64,000 bases of DNA from Syntrophorhabdaceae bacterium. Lineage in GTDB: Bacteria > Desulfobacterota > Syntrophorhabdia > Syntrophorhabdales > Syntrophorhabdaceae. Each line of letters begins with the position of its first letter. The stretch's first letter is position 1. Shown here piece by piece: positions 21,849 to 32,558 of the stretch. The notes under the pieces were generated by a model. The model did not search any database and was not told the DNA's origin. It worked only from the letters and a program-made list of their open reading frames with translations. Location of the stretch: contig OY762209.1 of assembly GCA_963665295.1 (NCBI GenBank), positions 2,400,001-2,464,000 of the forward strand, read 5' to 3'. The translations under genes and the position numbers were made by a program.

Positions 21849-22002
21849 GACGTTATAATAGGGGGCGGCAATATGACGGCACGATTTCTATCCTTTTGAA
21901 AAAGTTGGTTTTCTTAGGTTTTCAACGAGGCTCCTGCCGGCCCCTTCGCTCTTCCGGCCCTTCGTTTCCGCTGGACTTGGGCCGGCCCTATGACCTACAA
22001 TA

Positions 22003-22425
22003 ATGGGCATGGGCAAGGACAGACCACAGTGCGGGCTCCTCATAGAGAACAGGGAAGGGAAGGTGTTGCTTCAACTGAGGGACAACATACCGGATATCCC
22101 GTGGCCCGGCATGTGGGGGACCTTCGGCGGACAAGTTGAAAAGGGAGAGAGTTCCCTGGAAGCGATCGTAAGGGAGCTCAGGGAGGAACTTGCCTACGAC
22201 CTCCACGATCCCGAGTACTTCGGCAATTTCCCCTATGACGGCTACGACATATTCATGTACAGGAAGATAGTTCCCGACATTACCCTCGACGACGTGACCG
22301 TCTGCGAGGGAGAGAGGGCTGCCTTTTTCTCTCTGGAGGAGATAAAGGGGACGGAATGCGCGGCGAACTGCAAAGAAATCATACTTGCATACTACGAGAT
22401 GTTCCACGGAGGCCGGGGGCGTTAA
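22003..22425 (+). CDS. NUDIX hydrolase
   Basis: Nudix box GGQVEKGESSLEAIVRELREE. Confidence 0.9.
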   Translation: MGMGKDRPQCGLLIENREGKVLLQLRDNIPDIPWPGMWGTFGGQVEKGESSLEAIVRELREELAYDLHDPEYFGNFPYDGYDIFMYRKIVPDITLDDVTVCEGERAAFFSLEEIKGTECAANCKEIILAYYEMFHGGRGR

Positions 22426-22429
22426 CCCG

Positions 22430-23302
22430 TTACGGTTTTTGATTCCCCTGGGCCCGCCCGGGCAGCGATGCGAGGCAGCGGGAGATGATCTCCTCCACCG
22501 ACCCCACATCGAGAGCGTTTTCCCCCTGCTTGAGGACGTGGCCTGTACCTCTCGGCCGCCACACAGAGGGATCGAAATCGGTAAACAGGGTAATCGTGGT
22601 GAGTCCGAGCATCCCCGCAAAGTGGGCCATGCCGGAATCATTTGAAACAAATATGCCGCCCCCTTCCAGAAATTCTTTCACATCGGCCAATTCGGGCAGG
22701 GACAGGCTGTCCGGAAGCCCGAGGGCAAGGTCGAAGGGTTCGATGATGCGGACCTCCGTACCTTTTGACTTCAGGACATGGTAGAGGTCGATGAAGTTCC
22801 GGTAATGCCACTTCTCCTTCTTGAACCCTTTTTCAGGGTAGAGGATTACCCTGGAGGACGGCTTCAAGGGCGGCTCTATCTTTAGCGCCTCGACGCCGTA
22901 TCGGGGAAGCTGGGCCAATTGGTAGTCCTCGACGTGCACTCCCGCCGGTCCGGGCCGGGGGGCGCCGAAGGCGTTCTCGGGATACATGTCGATAAAGAGA
23001 AGGGGGTTTCGGGAGAAGCGCTGCCACCTTTCTCTCAGGCTGCCCTCGCGATCCTTGCCGAGGAATATGATCCGTTCCCACGTGATGTCTGTGGGGCGGC
23101 TGGAAAAGAGGTAGAGCCATCGTGCGGACTCTATGCCGTGAACCTCGGTGAAATAGTCTTTGAAGAGGTTGAGGAACCTCCTGGTGCCCAGGGCTGCCAC
23201 GGGTTGCCTGAAGTGGCGGGAGACGGAATGGAAGACGGATTCGGAAAGACAACAGTCCCCGAGCCCTCCCATGTGGATAAGAAGGATATCTTTAAATTCC
23301 AT
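22430..23302 (-). CDS. Glycosyltransferase family 9 (heptosyltransferase-like)
   Basis: GGLGD N-terminal motif; FVSNDSGMAHFA; WRP. Confidence 0.85.
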   Translation of the reverse strand: MEFKDILLIHMGGLGDCCLSESVFHSVSRHFRQPVAALGTRRFLNLFKDYFTEVHGIESARWLYLFSSRPTDITWERIIFLGKDREGSLRERWQRFSRNPLLFIDMYPENAFGAPRPGPAGVHVEDYQLAQLPRYGVEALKIEPPLKPSSRVILYPEKGFKKEKWHYRNFIDLYHVLKSKGTEVRIIEPFDLALGLPDSLSLPELADVKEFLEGGGIFVSNDSGMAHFAGMLGLTTITLFTDFDPSVWRPRGTGHVLKQGENALDVGSVEEIISRCLASLPGRAQGNQKP

Positions 23303-23401
23303 ATCCGACGAAGCTCGTTTTATGGGGGTCACGCCGACGGGATGATGAAGACGGAGTCGGCGGCAGGGGGTACTTGGGCCGGAAAGACAGCCGAAGATAT
23401 C

Positions 23402-23989
23402 TCACTTGAGACTGGTGAGGGCCTTGATGATGTCTGCTCCCCCTTTATATACTTCCTTCTTATCTCCGTTGATTATGACACAGGAAGGGGTCTCCATGAT
23501 CTTGTCTTCCTTGATATACCCTTCCAGCATGACGAACACGGGTTTCACATCGAAGAGCTTGAACCTCAGGAAATGTTTGTTGAGGTAATCCTCCAGTTGA
23601 CCCTGCTCCGTGATCCCTGATTTCGACGCCTCGAAAAGCAGGCTCCTTGCCCGGAGGATATAGTCGATATCCGCTCTCTCTTTTGCAATAAAGAGGAAAT
23701 ATTTCGTGTAGAGGGACGAATTTTTGTGGAATGGCGCGTCGATAAGGGTGAGGGTGATGACGTTCCTCTTTACGAGGTCGGCGAGGACAGGCTCGATCTT
23801 GGGCTCCAGGGCCCGGCACGGGGTGCAGTAGTAGTCTGCGTAAAGCCGTACCTTGATCTTTCCGGTCCCGAAAACGGGGGCAAAATCCCTCACGGAGAGG
23901 GCCCCCCGGTCCTGACCGGCAGCGGGAATTGAGAGGAAGAGCGACAGGCAGAGAATCGCCATTATGAACCGGAGAGAAGACTTTTGCAT
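23402..23989 (-). CDS. DsbA/thioredoxin-fold secreted protein
   Basis: Signal peptide, CTPC motif, cis-Pro ETP. Confidence 0.8.
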   Translation of the reverse strand: MQKSSLRFIMAILCLSLFLSIPAAGQDRGALSVRDFAPVFGTGKIKVRLYADYYCTPCRALEPKIEPVLADLVKRNVITLTLIDAPFHKNSSLYTKYFLFIAKERADIDYILRARSLLFEASKSGITEQGQLEDYLNKHFLRFKLFDVKPVFVMLEGYIKEDKIMETPSCVIINGDKKEVYKGGADIIKALTSLK

Positions 23990-24170
23990 GCAATATTCTA
24001 CTCACCCGCACCCCCTTTTGTAAAGTGATATATCCTCCCTCGTGGGGCGGGGTATCGGGGGCGACGGGGACGGGAGGCGTTGCTCCGTGTTTTGTGTGCC
24101 GTCGCTTCCGCTATGGGTTGACAGGGCCGGGGGTGGATTGATAGCATTAGGGAGAGTCTAAGGAGGACTG

Positions 24171-24509
24171 ATGGCGGAAACGGATAATTGGGGCGCCGAC
24201 CCCCAGGTGAGGTACTTGAGGCGGATATTTTCGAGGATAGAAGAAATGCAGGCTGCATTGCTCACGCGGCTCGGCGTCGGGTCATCCGATTACCGGCTGC
24301 GGCGCGTGCGCGAGTCAACGCTCAAGCTTTTCGAACAGGGCTGGATGCTCGCCCAAAGGAACGGGGTGGTCGGCTCCGACGAGGAAATCGCCGTCCTTTA
24401 CCTCTATTGTTTTGCCCGGATGCTCGGCGCGAACCGCATACCCGTGGCTCCGGAAGAACTGCCCGCCCATGATGGAATAGCTGCCTTTGTAAAGGAGGTG
24501 CTCAAGTGA
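24171..24509 (+). CDS. Hypothetical protein
   Basis: AGGAGG RBS; stop overlaps next start (GTGA). Confidence 0.65.
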   Translation: MAETDNWGADPQVRYLRRIFSRIEEMQAALLTRLGVGSSDYRLRRVRESTLKLFEQGWMLAQRNGVVGSDEEIAVLYLYCFARMLGANRIPVAPEELPAHDGIAAFVKEVLK

Positions 24510-24841
24510 TCCGCCTGCGTCTCTTCGGCCGGTGCCGCATCTACCATGACCCTGTGAGCCCGGTGGCCAAGGCCCCTGCCCAGGTCGGCTGGACTGCCTG
24601 GTACCGTACTATCGACCTCGTGACGCCCCAGCAATTGAAAGGCGAAGAGCTGCTCCGGAGGACCCGGGGATGGTGGACCGTTGACCCCGCCGATGTCGCC
24701 CTGGTGGTGAAGGAGTACGGACGGCTCGTGGTGGGAGACGGAGGGGAGTTGATGGTGGAGTTCGAGGACGGAGAGAAAGCTGAAGCCCTTTCCGGGGCGC
24801 TGAAGGAGAGGTTTCAGGACCAGGTGCAGCTCGCCCCGTAA
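24506..24841 (+). CDS. Hypothetical protein
   Basis: GGAGG RBS; translationally coupled to upstream ORF. Confidence 0.65.
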   Translation: MIRLRLFGRCRIYHDPVSPVAKAPAQVGWTAWYRTIDLVTPQQLKGEELLRRTRGWWTVDPADVALVVKEYGRLVVGDGGELMVEFEDGEKAEALSGALKERFQDQVQLAP

Positions 24842-24872
24842 TGCCGGTTTTACGGCGGGCGCTTCGAGGCCG

Positions 24873-26900
24873 TCACGATCTTTCGTCCAGTGTAAGGCGT
24901 ATTACCTTCGCAAGTTCATGCTTTGCCATGGGCTTCATGATGAAACCCCGGATGCCCGACAGCCTTGCGGTCTCGGCTGAAACCTCGTGACTGTAGCCGG
25001 TACAAAGGATAACAGGCAGGTCCGGCCTGATTTTCAGGAAGTCGCCGGCGAGATCGAGACCCGTGACCTCGGGCATGGTGTGGTCCGTGAATACGAGGTC
25101 GAACCTTGCGGGATCACTGGAAAAGGATTCCAGCGCTTCCATGCCGTCGGTCATGGCCGTCACCTGATACCCCAGTCTTTCCAGCACCTCCTTGCCCCAC
25201 CGCGCGAGGACCTCTTCGTCGTCGATAAAGAGGATATGCTCTGTGCCGCCCGGGGTCTCGTCCATGGTGACGGGTATAGGGGTATGGTTCTCCATCAACC
25301 TGGGAATATAGACGTGGAATGAGGAGCCTGCGCCCGGGACGCTCTCCACGGTTATTTCCCCGTTAAGGTTTTGTATGATCCCATAGACTACCGCAAGGCC
25401 CATGCCGGTGCCTTCACCCAGCGCTTTCGTGGTAAAGAAGGGCTCGAATATCCTTTCCATGACCCCCGCGTCGATGCCTGTCCCCGTGTCCTGCACGGTG
25501 AGGCGCACGTATTGGCCGGGTAAAATCCGCCGGGCCATTCCCTTGCCGGGTACGCCCTCCGTCCTGGTGAGGGATATGACCAGCCTGCCGCCCTTTAGCC
25601 GCATGGCATGGGCCGCATTGGTGCAGAGGTTCATGAGTACCTCCTGGACTTCCGTAGGGTTGGCGAGGACCACGAGGGGCTGGGGGGCCACCTTCGCCGT
25701 AATGCGCACGGTGGCGGGCAATGACGCGCGAAGCATCTTTACCGTCTCTTTCACGAGGGGCGCGAGTAAGAGAGGCTGTCTCTCGTAGTTGGTCTTTCTG
25801 CAGAACGTAAGGATCTGCTTCACAAGCTCCCGGCCCCTGAACCCGCTCTTGAGCACCAGTTCCAGCCGTTGGCGCTCGGGGCTGTCAAGGGGCATATCTT
25901 CGATCACCATCTCCGTGAAACCGATGATGGCCGCGAGGACATTGTTGAAATCGTGGGCTATGCCGCCCGCCAGGGTGCCCACGGCCTCCATTTTCTGGGC
26001 CTGCCGGAGTTGTTCTTCGAGCCTGCGGTGTTCCGTGACGTCGGTGAGCATGGCAAAGGCGCCATAGGTGTGTCCCTGATCGTCGGTCATGGGACACGCG
26101 GAAACCCGGCAGAGGATAACCTTGCCGTCTTTCTTCCTGAGACGGGCGTAATACTGGTCCCGTATCCCGCTCAGCCTTTCCTCCATGTTCCGCCGTTCCC
26201 CCAGCGTGTCTTCCTCGATGAAAAACCTTGTATAATCCTGCCCCATAAGCTCGTCTGCCGTGTACCCGAGCATTTGGGCCATCTTCCGGTTTACGAAGGT
26301 GATGATCGAGTCGAGGCCAACGGCCCAGATGCCTTCCTCGGCAGTCTCGACAAGACGCCGGTGACGCATTTCGCTGTCCCGCAGGGCCTGTTCCACGCGC
26401 TTCTGCCCGGTGAGGTCGGTGACCGTGAGACAGAGAGCACTTGTACCGCCTTCCAGGGGCATCATGGAGAGGTAGGTCGCTATCTCCTTGTTGTCCGGGG
26501 TCTTCAAGGTGAACTCGCCCCTCGATCCTCCGAGACCGCATCTTTCGGCCATGAGATGAAGAGGCTCCGACTCGACGGGCAGAATAAAGTCATGAAGGGA
26601 CGTGCCTATTATTGTGTTGAGAGGCATGTTGACCATGTCCGCGAAGCGCCGGTTGGCGTAAAGCACCACGCCGTCCCGTGTCATGGTTATGGCGCCTTCG
26701 TTCATGGTCTCAACGAAAGCCCGATACGGCTGTTCGGCGCCGTCAAGGGTGAACACCCGGTGTCCTTCGGGGCCGTCGATGACGAGGGCGTCCACCTCAT
26801 GTACCGAGATAGCCCTCAGTGCATCTTCCGCGTCTTCGAGACGCGTCCTGAGCTGCGTTATTTCCGCTTCCAGGGCTTCGCAGGTCTTTACAGGTTTCAT
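24873..26900 (-). CDS. PAS-PAS hybrid sensor histidine kinase/response regulator
   Basis: H-box GGIAHDFNN, N-box NLCTNAAHAM, G boxes DTGTG/GTGMGL, receiver DLVFTDHTMP. Confidence 0.92.
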   Translation of the reverse strand: MKPVKTCEALEAEITQLRTRLEDAEDALRAISVHEVDALVIDGPEGHRVFTLDGAEQPYRAFVETMNEGAITMTRDGVVLYANRRFADMVNMPLNTIIGTSLHDFILPVESEPLHLMAERCGLGGSRGEFTLKTPDNKEIATYLSMMPLEGGTSALCLTVTDLTGQKRVEQALRDSEMRHRRLVETAEEGIWAVGLDSIITFVNRKMAQMLGYTADELMGQDYTRFFIEEDTLGERRNMEERLSGIRDQYYARLRKKDGKVILCRVSACPMTDDQGHTYGAFAMLTDVTEHRRLEEQLRQAQKMEAVGTLAGGIAHDFNNVLAAIIGFTEMVIEDMPLDSPERQRLELVLKSGFRGRELVKQILTFCRKTNYERQPLLLAPLVKETVKMLRASLPATVRITAKVAPQPLVVLANPTEVQEVLMNLCTNAAHAMRLKGGRLVISLTRTEGVPGKGMARRILPGQYVRLTVQDTGTGIDAGVMERIFEPFFTTKALGEGTGMGLAVVYGIIQNLNGEITVESVPGAGSSFHVYIPRLMENHTPIPVTMDETPGGTEHILFIDDEEVLARWGKEVLERLGYQVTAMTDGMEALESFSSDPARFDLVFTDHTMPEVTGLDLAGDFLKIRPDLPVILCTGYSHEVSAETARLSGIRGFIMKPMAKHELAKVIRLTLDERS

Positions 26901-27280
26901 GACCGCTCCCGGTGATGGGGCATCAAGCCGTGAACCTCCCGGACGCACGCAGGGATTATGGTTTCAGAACAGGGGTGAGTGAAAGGGGGCGGTCCTCCCT
27001 TTGCGGCCTCGTCGAGTCCTTCAGTTTTTGCTTTGCATCTTTGCAGCCGGATCGACAGGTGCAGCGGGATATTCTTCTGTTTCACGATTTACTCCCCCCT
27101 CAGGCATTGCTGCGTACGAACACAACAAACAATAGAATGCTTAGCCGTTTGGCAGAACAGCCCAAAATAAACCGTATTCAACAAGTCTACACCCCAAAAA
27201 TAGCATTTGTAAAGGGTAAAACGACCTAATTTTACAGGATAAAAGGAAAATAGGCGTCATAGGGTGAGGCGAAGCCCGTA

Positions 27281-27316
27281 AAAACAAACAAGGGGCAGGA
27301 TGTCATCCTGCCCCTT
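27281..27316 (-). terminator. Intrinsic terminator of dnaK-lon
   Basis: Stem AAGGGGCAGGAT/ATCCTGCCCCTT followed on the minus strand by GTTTGTTTTT. Confidence 0.75.
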
Positions 27317-27383
27317 GATGTGTGTCAAAGTGTCCTTGCCGCCGTTAGTCGATCGACCGGCGGTCTCATGCTCTACAAATGCG

Positions 27384-29738
27384 TCATACCTCGGTGAGGC
27401 AGAACTTTACCGCCTCCTCCATCTTTTCCATGAACTTGAATTCCATGTTCTCTTTGATGCTCTCCGGCACCTCTTCCAGGTCCTTTTCGTTCATCTTGGG
27501 AAGGGCTACGATGTTGATGCCCGCCCGCTTTGCAGCGAGGACCTTCTCTTTTATGCCGCCCACGGGCAGGACGAGGCCTCTCAGGGTTATCTCACCCGTC
27601 ATGGCTACATCGTTCCTTACGTGTTTGTCCGTGAGAAGGGACACGAGAGAGACGAGCATGGTAACGCCCGCCGACGGTCCGTCCTTGGGAATGGCCCCTG
27701 CGGGCACATGAATATGGATGTCGTTCTTCTCGAAGGTCTCCTCGTCGATATTGAAATCACGGGCTTTGCTCCGTATATAGCTCAATGCCGCCTGGGCCGA
27801 TTCTTTCATTACGTCGCCAAGCTGGCCTGTGAGGGTGAGGTTCCCCTTACCCCTCATCTTGGTGGATTCGATAAACAGGATATCGCCGCCTGTAGGCGTC
27901 CATGCGAGTCCCGTGGCCACTCCCGAATACTTCGTCCTTGCCGCGACTTCAGAGAAGAACTTTATGGGACCGAGGTATCCGTGGATGCTCTCCGCGGTGA
28001 TTATCTTCTTCGTGGTTTCGCCTTCCGCCACGTCCCTTGCCACTGCCCTGCAGATAGCGGCGAGTTCCCTTTCCAGGTTCCTCACTCCGGACTCCTTGGT
28101 GTGGGAGCGGATGACCACCTTTATTCCTTCATCGTCAAACTCTATGTGTTCTTCGTTCAGCCCGTGCTCGCCCCTCTCCTTGGGGATGAGAAACTGCTTT
28201 GCGATCATAAGCTTCTCTTCCTCCGTATAACCGGGGAGTTCGAGCACTTCCATCCTGTCCTTGAGGGCAGGCGGAATCGGGTCGAGCATATTCGCCGTGG
28301 CGATGAACATGACCTTCGAGAGGTCGAAGGGCACTTCAAGATAGTGGTCGCTGAAGGAGAAATTCTGCTCAGGGTCCAGTACCTCGAGGAGCGCGCTTGA
28401 CGGGTCCCCACGAAAATCCATACCGATCTTATCCACTTCATCGAGCATGAAGATGGGGTTATTCGACCCCGACTTCTTTATGCCCTGTACTATTCTTCCG
28501 GGCAAGGCCCCCACGTAGGTCCTGCGGTGCCCCCTGATCTCGGCCTCGTCACGTATGCCTCCGAGAGACATGCGCATGAACTTCCTTCCGAGGGCCCTGG
28601 CAATGGACTTGCCGAGGGATGTCTTTCCCACGCCGGGAGGCCCGACGAAGCAGAGGATGGGCCCCTTCATGTCCGCCTTGAGCTTCCTTACCGCAAGGTA
28701 TTCGAGGATCCTTTTCTTGACCTTGGCAAGGTCATAATGGTCCTCGTCAAGTATCCTGCTCGCATCCTTTATGTCCAGGTTGTCGTCCGTGGAGAGCGAC
28801 CACGGCAGTTCCGTGAGCCAGTCGAGGTAGGTCCTCGACACGGTGTACTCAGCGGACATGGTGCTCATCTTCGAGAGCCTGTCAAGCTCCTTTTCCGCGA
28901 CTTTCTGGACGTCGGGCGGCATCTTCGCTTCCGTGATCTTCTTCCTTATCTCATCCATTTCCTGGAGCCGGTCGTCCGTCTCCCCGAGTTCTTTCTGGAT
29001 GGCCTTGAGTTGTTCCCTGAGATAATACTCCCTCTGGGTCTTGTCTATGCCTTCCTTCACGTGGGACTGGATCCGGCTGCTCAGTTCAAGGGTCTCCACT
29101 TCCCTGTTCAGGAGGACGGTGACCTTTTTAAGTCTCTCTCTCAGGTCGATCTTTTCGAGTATCTCCTGCTTCTCGGTCACACCGATGTTGATGGTGGACG
29201 CGATGAGGTCGGCGAGATTCCCCGGGTTCTCTATCTTCGTGGCTATCTGCGTGAGCTCCGAAGAGAGGTAAGGCGCCATCTCGATGGCCTTCTTGTAAAG
29301 GTTCTTGAGATTGATGTACATGGCGTCTATCTCGATATCCTTCTGATACTCCTCGAAGATAGGCAGTACTCTCGCGGTCAGGTGGGGTTCCTTTCCGGTG
29401 AACTCGATGAGTTTGAACCTGCAGAGGCCCTGCACCACCACCCTCTGACTCCCGTCCACCATCTTTACCATCTTCATTATGGTAGCTATGGTTCCGATGG
29501 TATAGAGGTCGTCAATGCCGGGATCCTCTATGTCCGGGTTCTTCTGGGTGATGATACCGATCATCTTGTCTTTGTTCATCGCCTCGTCAACGAGACGTAT
29601 GGACCTTTCCCTTCCTACTATGAGAGGCATTACAAGATCAGGGTATGCCACGGTCCCGCGCAAAGGCAGTATGGGGACCTCCGCGGGGATAAACAGCCTG
29701 TCTTTTGCAGCCTTATCGTTCTTAAATCCTATTACCAT
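27384..29738 (-). CDS. lon: ATP-dependent protease La
   Basis: Walker A GPPGVGKTS, RGHRRTYVG, catalytic PKDGPSAG and KEK. Confidence 0.97.
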   Translation of the reverse strand: MVIGFKNDKAAKDRLFIPAEVPILPLRGTVAYPDLVMPLIVGRERSIRLVDEAMNKDKMIGIITQKNPDIEDPGIDDLYTIGTIATIMKMVKMVDGSQRVVVQGLCRFKLIEFTGKEPHLTARVLPIFEEYQKDIEIDAMYINLKNLYKKAIEMAPYLSSELTQIATKIENPGNLADLIASTINIGVTEKQEILEKIDLRERLKKVTVLLNREVETLELSSRIQSHVKEGIDKTQREYYLREQLKAIQKELGETDDRLQEMDEIRKKITEAKMPPDVQKVAEKELDRLSKMSTMSAEYTVSRTYLDWLTELPWSLSTDDNLDIKDASRILDEDHYDLAKVKKRILEYLAVRKLKADMKGPILCFVGPPGVGKTSLGKSIARALGRKFMRMSLGGIRDEAEIRGHRRTYVGALPGRIVQGIKKSGSNNPIFMLDEVDKIGMDFRGDPSSALLEVLDPEQNFSFSDHYLEVPFDLSKVMFIATANMLDPIPPALKDRMEVLELPGYTEEEKLMIAKQFLIPKERGEHGLNEEHIEFDDEGIKVVIRSHTKESGVRNLERELAAICRAVARDVAEGETTKKIITAESIHGYLGPIKFFSEVAARTKYSGVATGLAWTPTGGDILFIESTKMRGKGNLTLTGQLGDVMKESAQAALSYIRSKARDFNIDEETFEKNDIHIHVPAGAIPKDGPSAGVTMLVSLVSLLTDKHVRNDVAMTGEITLRGLVLPVGGIKEKVLAAKRAGINIVALPKMNEKDLEEVPESIKENMEFKFMEKMEEAVKFCLTEV

Positions 29739-29747
29739 TCAAACCCC

Positions 29748-31667
29748 CTATTTTTTCACGTCCTCAAACTCGGCATCAACTACGTCATCGTCGCCTCTTG
29801 AGCCTCCCTGGGGTCCGCCTTGTCCGGGACCCTGAGGTCCTCCTTCACCCGGCCCTGAAGTCGTTGAAGTCTTCTTGTAAAGGGTCTCCGCGAGTTTGTG
29901 GGACGCCTTGGTGAGGTCGTCCGACGCCCTCTGGATCCTGTCGGTGTCGCCGCTCTTTATCGCTTCCTTCGCTGCTGTCACGGCATCTTCCACAGGTCTG
30001 ATATCGTCGGCGGTCAGTTTGTCCTTGCTTTCGTTCAGCGTCTTCTCTGTGGTGTATACCAGGTTATCAAGCTGATTTCTCATCTCGATCTCCTGCTTCC
30101 TCTTCTTGTCCTCTTCCGAATGGACTGCCGCGTCATCCACCATCTTCTTGATTTCCTGCTCATTGAGGCCGGTGGATGCCGTTATGGTTATGTTCTGCTC
30201 CTTGCCTGTGGCGATGTCCTTGGCCGCCACATGGAGTATGCCGTTCGCATCTATGTCGAAGGTGACTTCGATCTGAGGTATCCCTCTCGGCGCGGGCGGC
30301 AGGCCTATAAGATGGAACCTGCCCAATGTCCTGTTGTCCCTCGCGAATTCTCTTTCGCCCTGAAGTACGTGTATCTCAACACTGGTCTGACTGTCTTCGG
30401 CAGTGGTGAAAATCTGGCTCTTCTTCGTAGGAATGGTGGTGTTCCTCTCGATGATCTTTGTCATGACCCCGCCCAGGGTTTCAATCCCGAGGGAAAGAGG
30501 GGTAACGTCGAGGAGGAGCACATCCTTTACCTCGCCTGCCAGGACGCCGGCCTGTACTGCCGCGCCGAGGGCAACCACCTCATCCGGGTTAACGCCCCTG
30601 TGAGGTTCCTTGCCGAAGAATTCCTTTACCAGGTCCTGGACCTTCGGGATTCTCGTCGAGCCGCCTACGAGGACGACTTCGTCGATCTGTGAGGCGTTCA
30701 GTTTGGCGTCATCGAGGGCCCTCTTGCACGGTCCCATGGACCTCTGGATAATGTCGTCCGCCAACTGTTCGAGCTCCGACCTTCTCATCCTCATGTTGAG
30801 GTGTTTCGGGCCGGACTGGTCGGCAGTCACGAAGGGCAGGTTTATTTCCGTCTCCATGGTAGTGGAGAGTTCGATCTTCGCCCTTTCCGCGGCCTCTTTC
30901 AGTCTCTGGAGGGCCATCCTGTCCTTGGAGAGGTCTATGCCCTGTTCTTTCATGAACTCGGCCACGATCCAGTCGATGATCTTCTGGTCTATGTCGTCGC
31001 CGCCGAGATGGGTGTCGCCGTTTGTGGACTTCACTTCCACCACGTTGTCTCCCACTTCGAGTATGGAGATATCGAATGTGCCGCCGCCGAAGTCATAGAC
31101 GGCGATTGTCTCGTTTTTCTTCTTGTCGAGACCGTATGCAAGGGCCGATGCAGTCGGTTCGTTGATGATCCTGAGCACGTTCAGAGCGGCGATTCTTCCC
31201 GCATCCTTGGTCGCCTGCCTCTGGGAGTCGTTGAAATAAGCGGGAACGGTCACTACCGCGTCTTCAATGGTCTGGCCCAGATATGCTTCGGCCGATTTTC
31301 TCAATTTCTGGAGGATAAAGGCTGAAATCTCCTGCGGCGTATACTGCTTACCTCTTACGTCAACACGGGCATTGCCTTCCTGGTCTGCTACGACCCTGTA
31401 AGGCACTGTCTTGATCTCCGACTGAACCTCGCTATACCTTCTGCCCATAAATCTTTTGATTGAGAATATGGTGTTCTCCGGGTTGGTAATAGCCTGCCTT
31501 TTTGCGGTCTGGCCTACGAGTATCTGTCCATCCTTCGTAAAGGCGACTACGCTGGGCGTGAGTCGGCTGCCTTCTTCATTGATGATTACTTTCGGATCTC
31601 CGCCTTCCATGACGGCTACTACTGAGTTCGTGGTTCCTAAATCGATTCCGATTACTTTTTTTGCCAT
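29748..31667 (-). CDS. dnaK: Chaperone DnaK
   Basis: [26 protein letters not shown]-terminal DAEFEDV. Confidence 0.98.
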   Translation of the reverse strand: MAKKVIGIDLGTTNSVVAVMEGGDPKVIINEEGSRLTPSVVAFTKDGQILVGQTAKRQAITNPENTIFSIKRFMGRRYSEVQSEIKTVPYRVVADQEGNARVDVRGKQYTPQEISAFILQKLRKSAEAYLGQTIEDAVVTVPAYFNDSQRQATKDAGRIAALNVLRIINEPTASALAYGLDKKKNETIAVYDFGGGTFDISILEVGDNVVEVKSTNGDTHLGGDDIDQKIIDWIVAEFMKEQGIDLSKDRMALQRLKEAAERAKIELSTTMETEINLPFVTADQSGPKHLNMRMRRSELEQLADDIIQRSMGPCKRALDDAKLNASQIDEVVLVGGSTRIPKVQDLVKEFFGKEPHRGVNPDEVVALGAAVQAGVLAGEVKDVLLLDVTPLSLGIETLGGVMTKIIERNTTIPTKKSQIFTTAEDSQTSVEIHVLQGEREFARDNRTLGRFHLIGLPPAPRGIPQIEVTFDIDANGILHVAAKDIATGKEQNITITASTGLNEQEIKKMVDDAAVHSEEDKKRKQEIEMRNQLDNLVYTTEKTLNESKDKLTADDIRPVEDAVTAAKEAIKSGDTDRIQRASDDLTKASHKLAETLYKKTSTTSGPGEGGPQGPGQGGPQGGSRGDDDVVDAEFEDVKK

Positions 31668-31697
31668 ATACAGCCCCCTCGTTGCTGGATTGAATTT

Positions 31698-32558
31698 TCA
31701 ACTAAATATAATGATTGAAACTCCCATTGTCAATATGATTAGCTTATAAACCATGGAAACCTTTACATTTTTGTAAATAAAGAGCGTCAGGAAAACGATG
31801 AAATTCAGGATAACGATAGTCGCCCCCGTGGGGAGGTCCGCGAGAAAGGAGACAAATATTCCGAGGACCACGGAGACTACCCCTATGAGACCGGCGATAA
31901 TCATGGTGGCCCTGAACCCCTTGGCCAACTGGAGCGCGGTGACCGCAGGAAGCACCAGAAGGGCGGAAATGAGCATGACCCCCACCACGCGCATGGCCAG
32001 GACAACCGTAAGGGCCGTAAGGAGGACGAGGATCGTATTCATCGCCTTGACCTTGACGCCCGTCGCCCTGGCGGATTCCTCGTCGAGTGCCACGGAAAGC
32101 ATGTCGTGATAAAAGAAGACCAACATGCCGATGAGGATCACGGAGAGGGCGATGGAAGATATTACCTCGGCGCAGCTTATGGCGAGGATGTTCCCGAAGA
32201 GGTAGCTGAAGAGATCGACGTTGAAGCCCCCTGCCACGCTCGCGAGGAGAATGCCCCCGGATATGCCGAGGGAAGATACGATGGCGATGGCGGCGTCTCC
32301 GTACATGCGCGCCTTGTCGGTGAGTTTCATTATGCCCAGGGAACTGAGCATCACCAGAGGGGCCGCCACCCATACGGGATAGACCCTGAGGAGGAGGCCG
32401 ACCGCAACGCTGCCGAATGTCACGTGGGCAAGGCCGTCGCCGATAAGAGAGAGCCTTCTCAGAACAAGAAACACCCCCAGGGTGGAGCACAAGACGGCGA
32501 TGAAGGAGCCCGCGATGAGCGCCCTTTGAACGAACCCGTGAGAGAGGAAATCGAGCAT
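31698..32558 (-). CDS. znuB: Zn/Mn ABC transporter permease
   Basis: LIGDGLAHV, YLFGNIL, VGVMLISALLVLP. Confidence 0.88.
   Translation of the reverse strand: MLDFLSHGFVQRALIAGSFIAVLCSTLGVFLVLRRLSLIGDGLAHVTFGSVAVGLLLRVYPVWVAAPLVMLSSLGIMKLTDKARMYGDAAIAIVSSLGISGGILLASVAGGFNVDLFSYLFGNILAISCAEVISSIALSVILIGMLVFFYHDMLSVALDEESARATGVKVKAMNTILVLLTALTVVLAMRVVGVMLISALLVLPAVTALQLAKGFRATMIIAGLIGVVSVVLGIFVSFLADLPTGATIVILNFIVFLTLFIYKNVKVSMVYKLIILTMGVSIIIFS
31705..31733 (-). promoter_or_regulatory. Sigma70-type promoter for dnaK
   Basis: Minus strand TTGACA-17nt-TATATT, ~40 nt upstream of the dnaK ATG. Confidence 0.6.
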
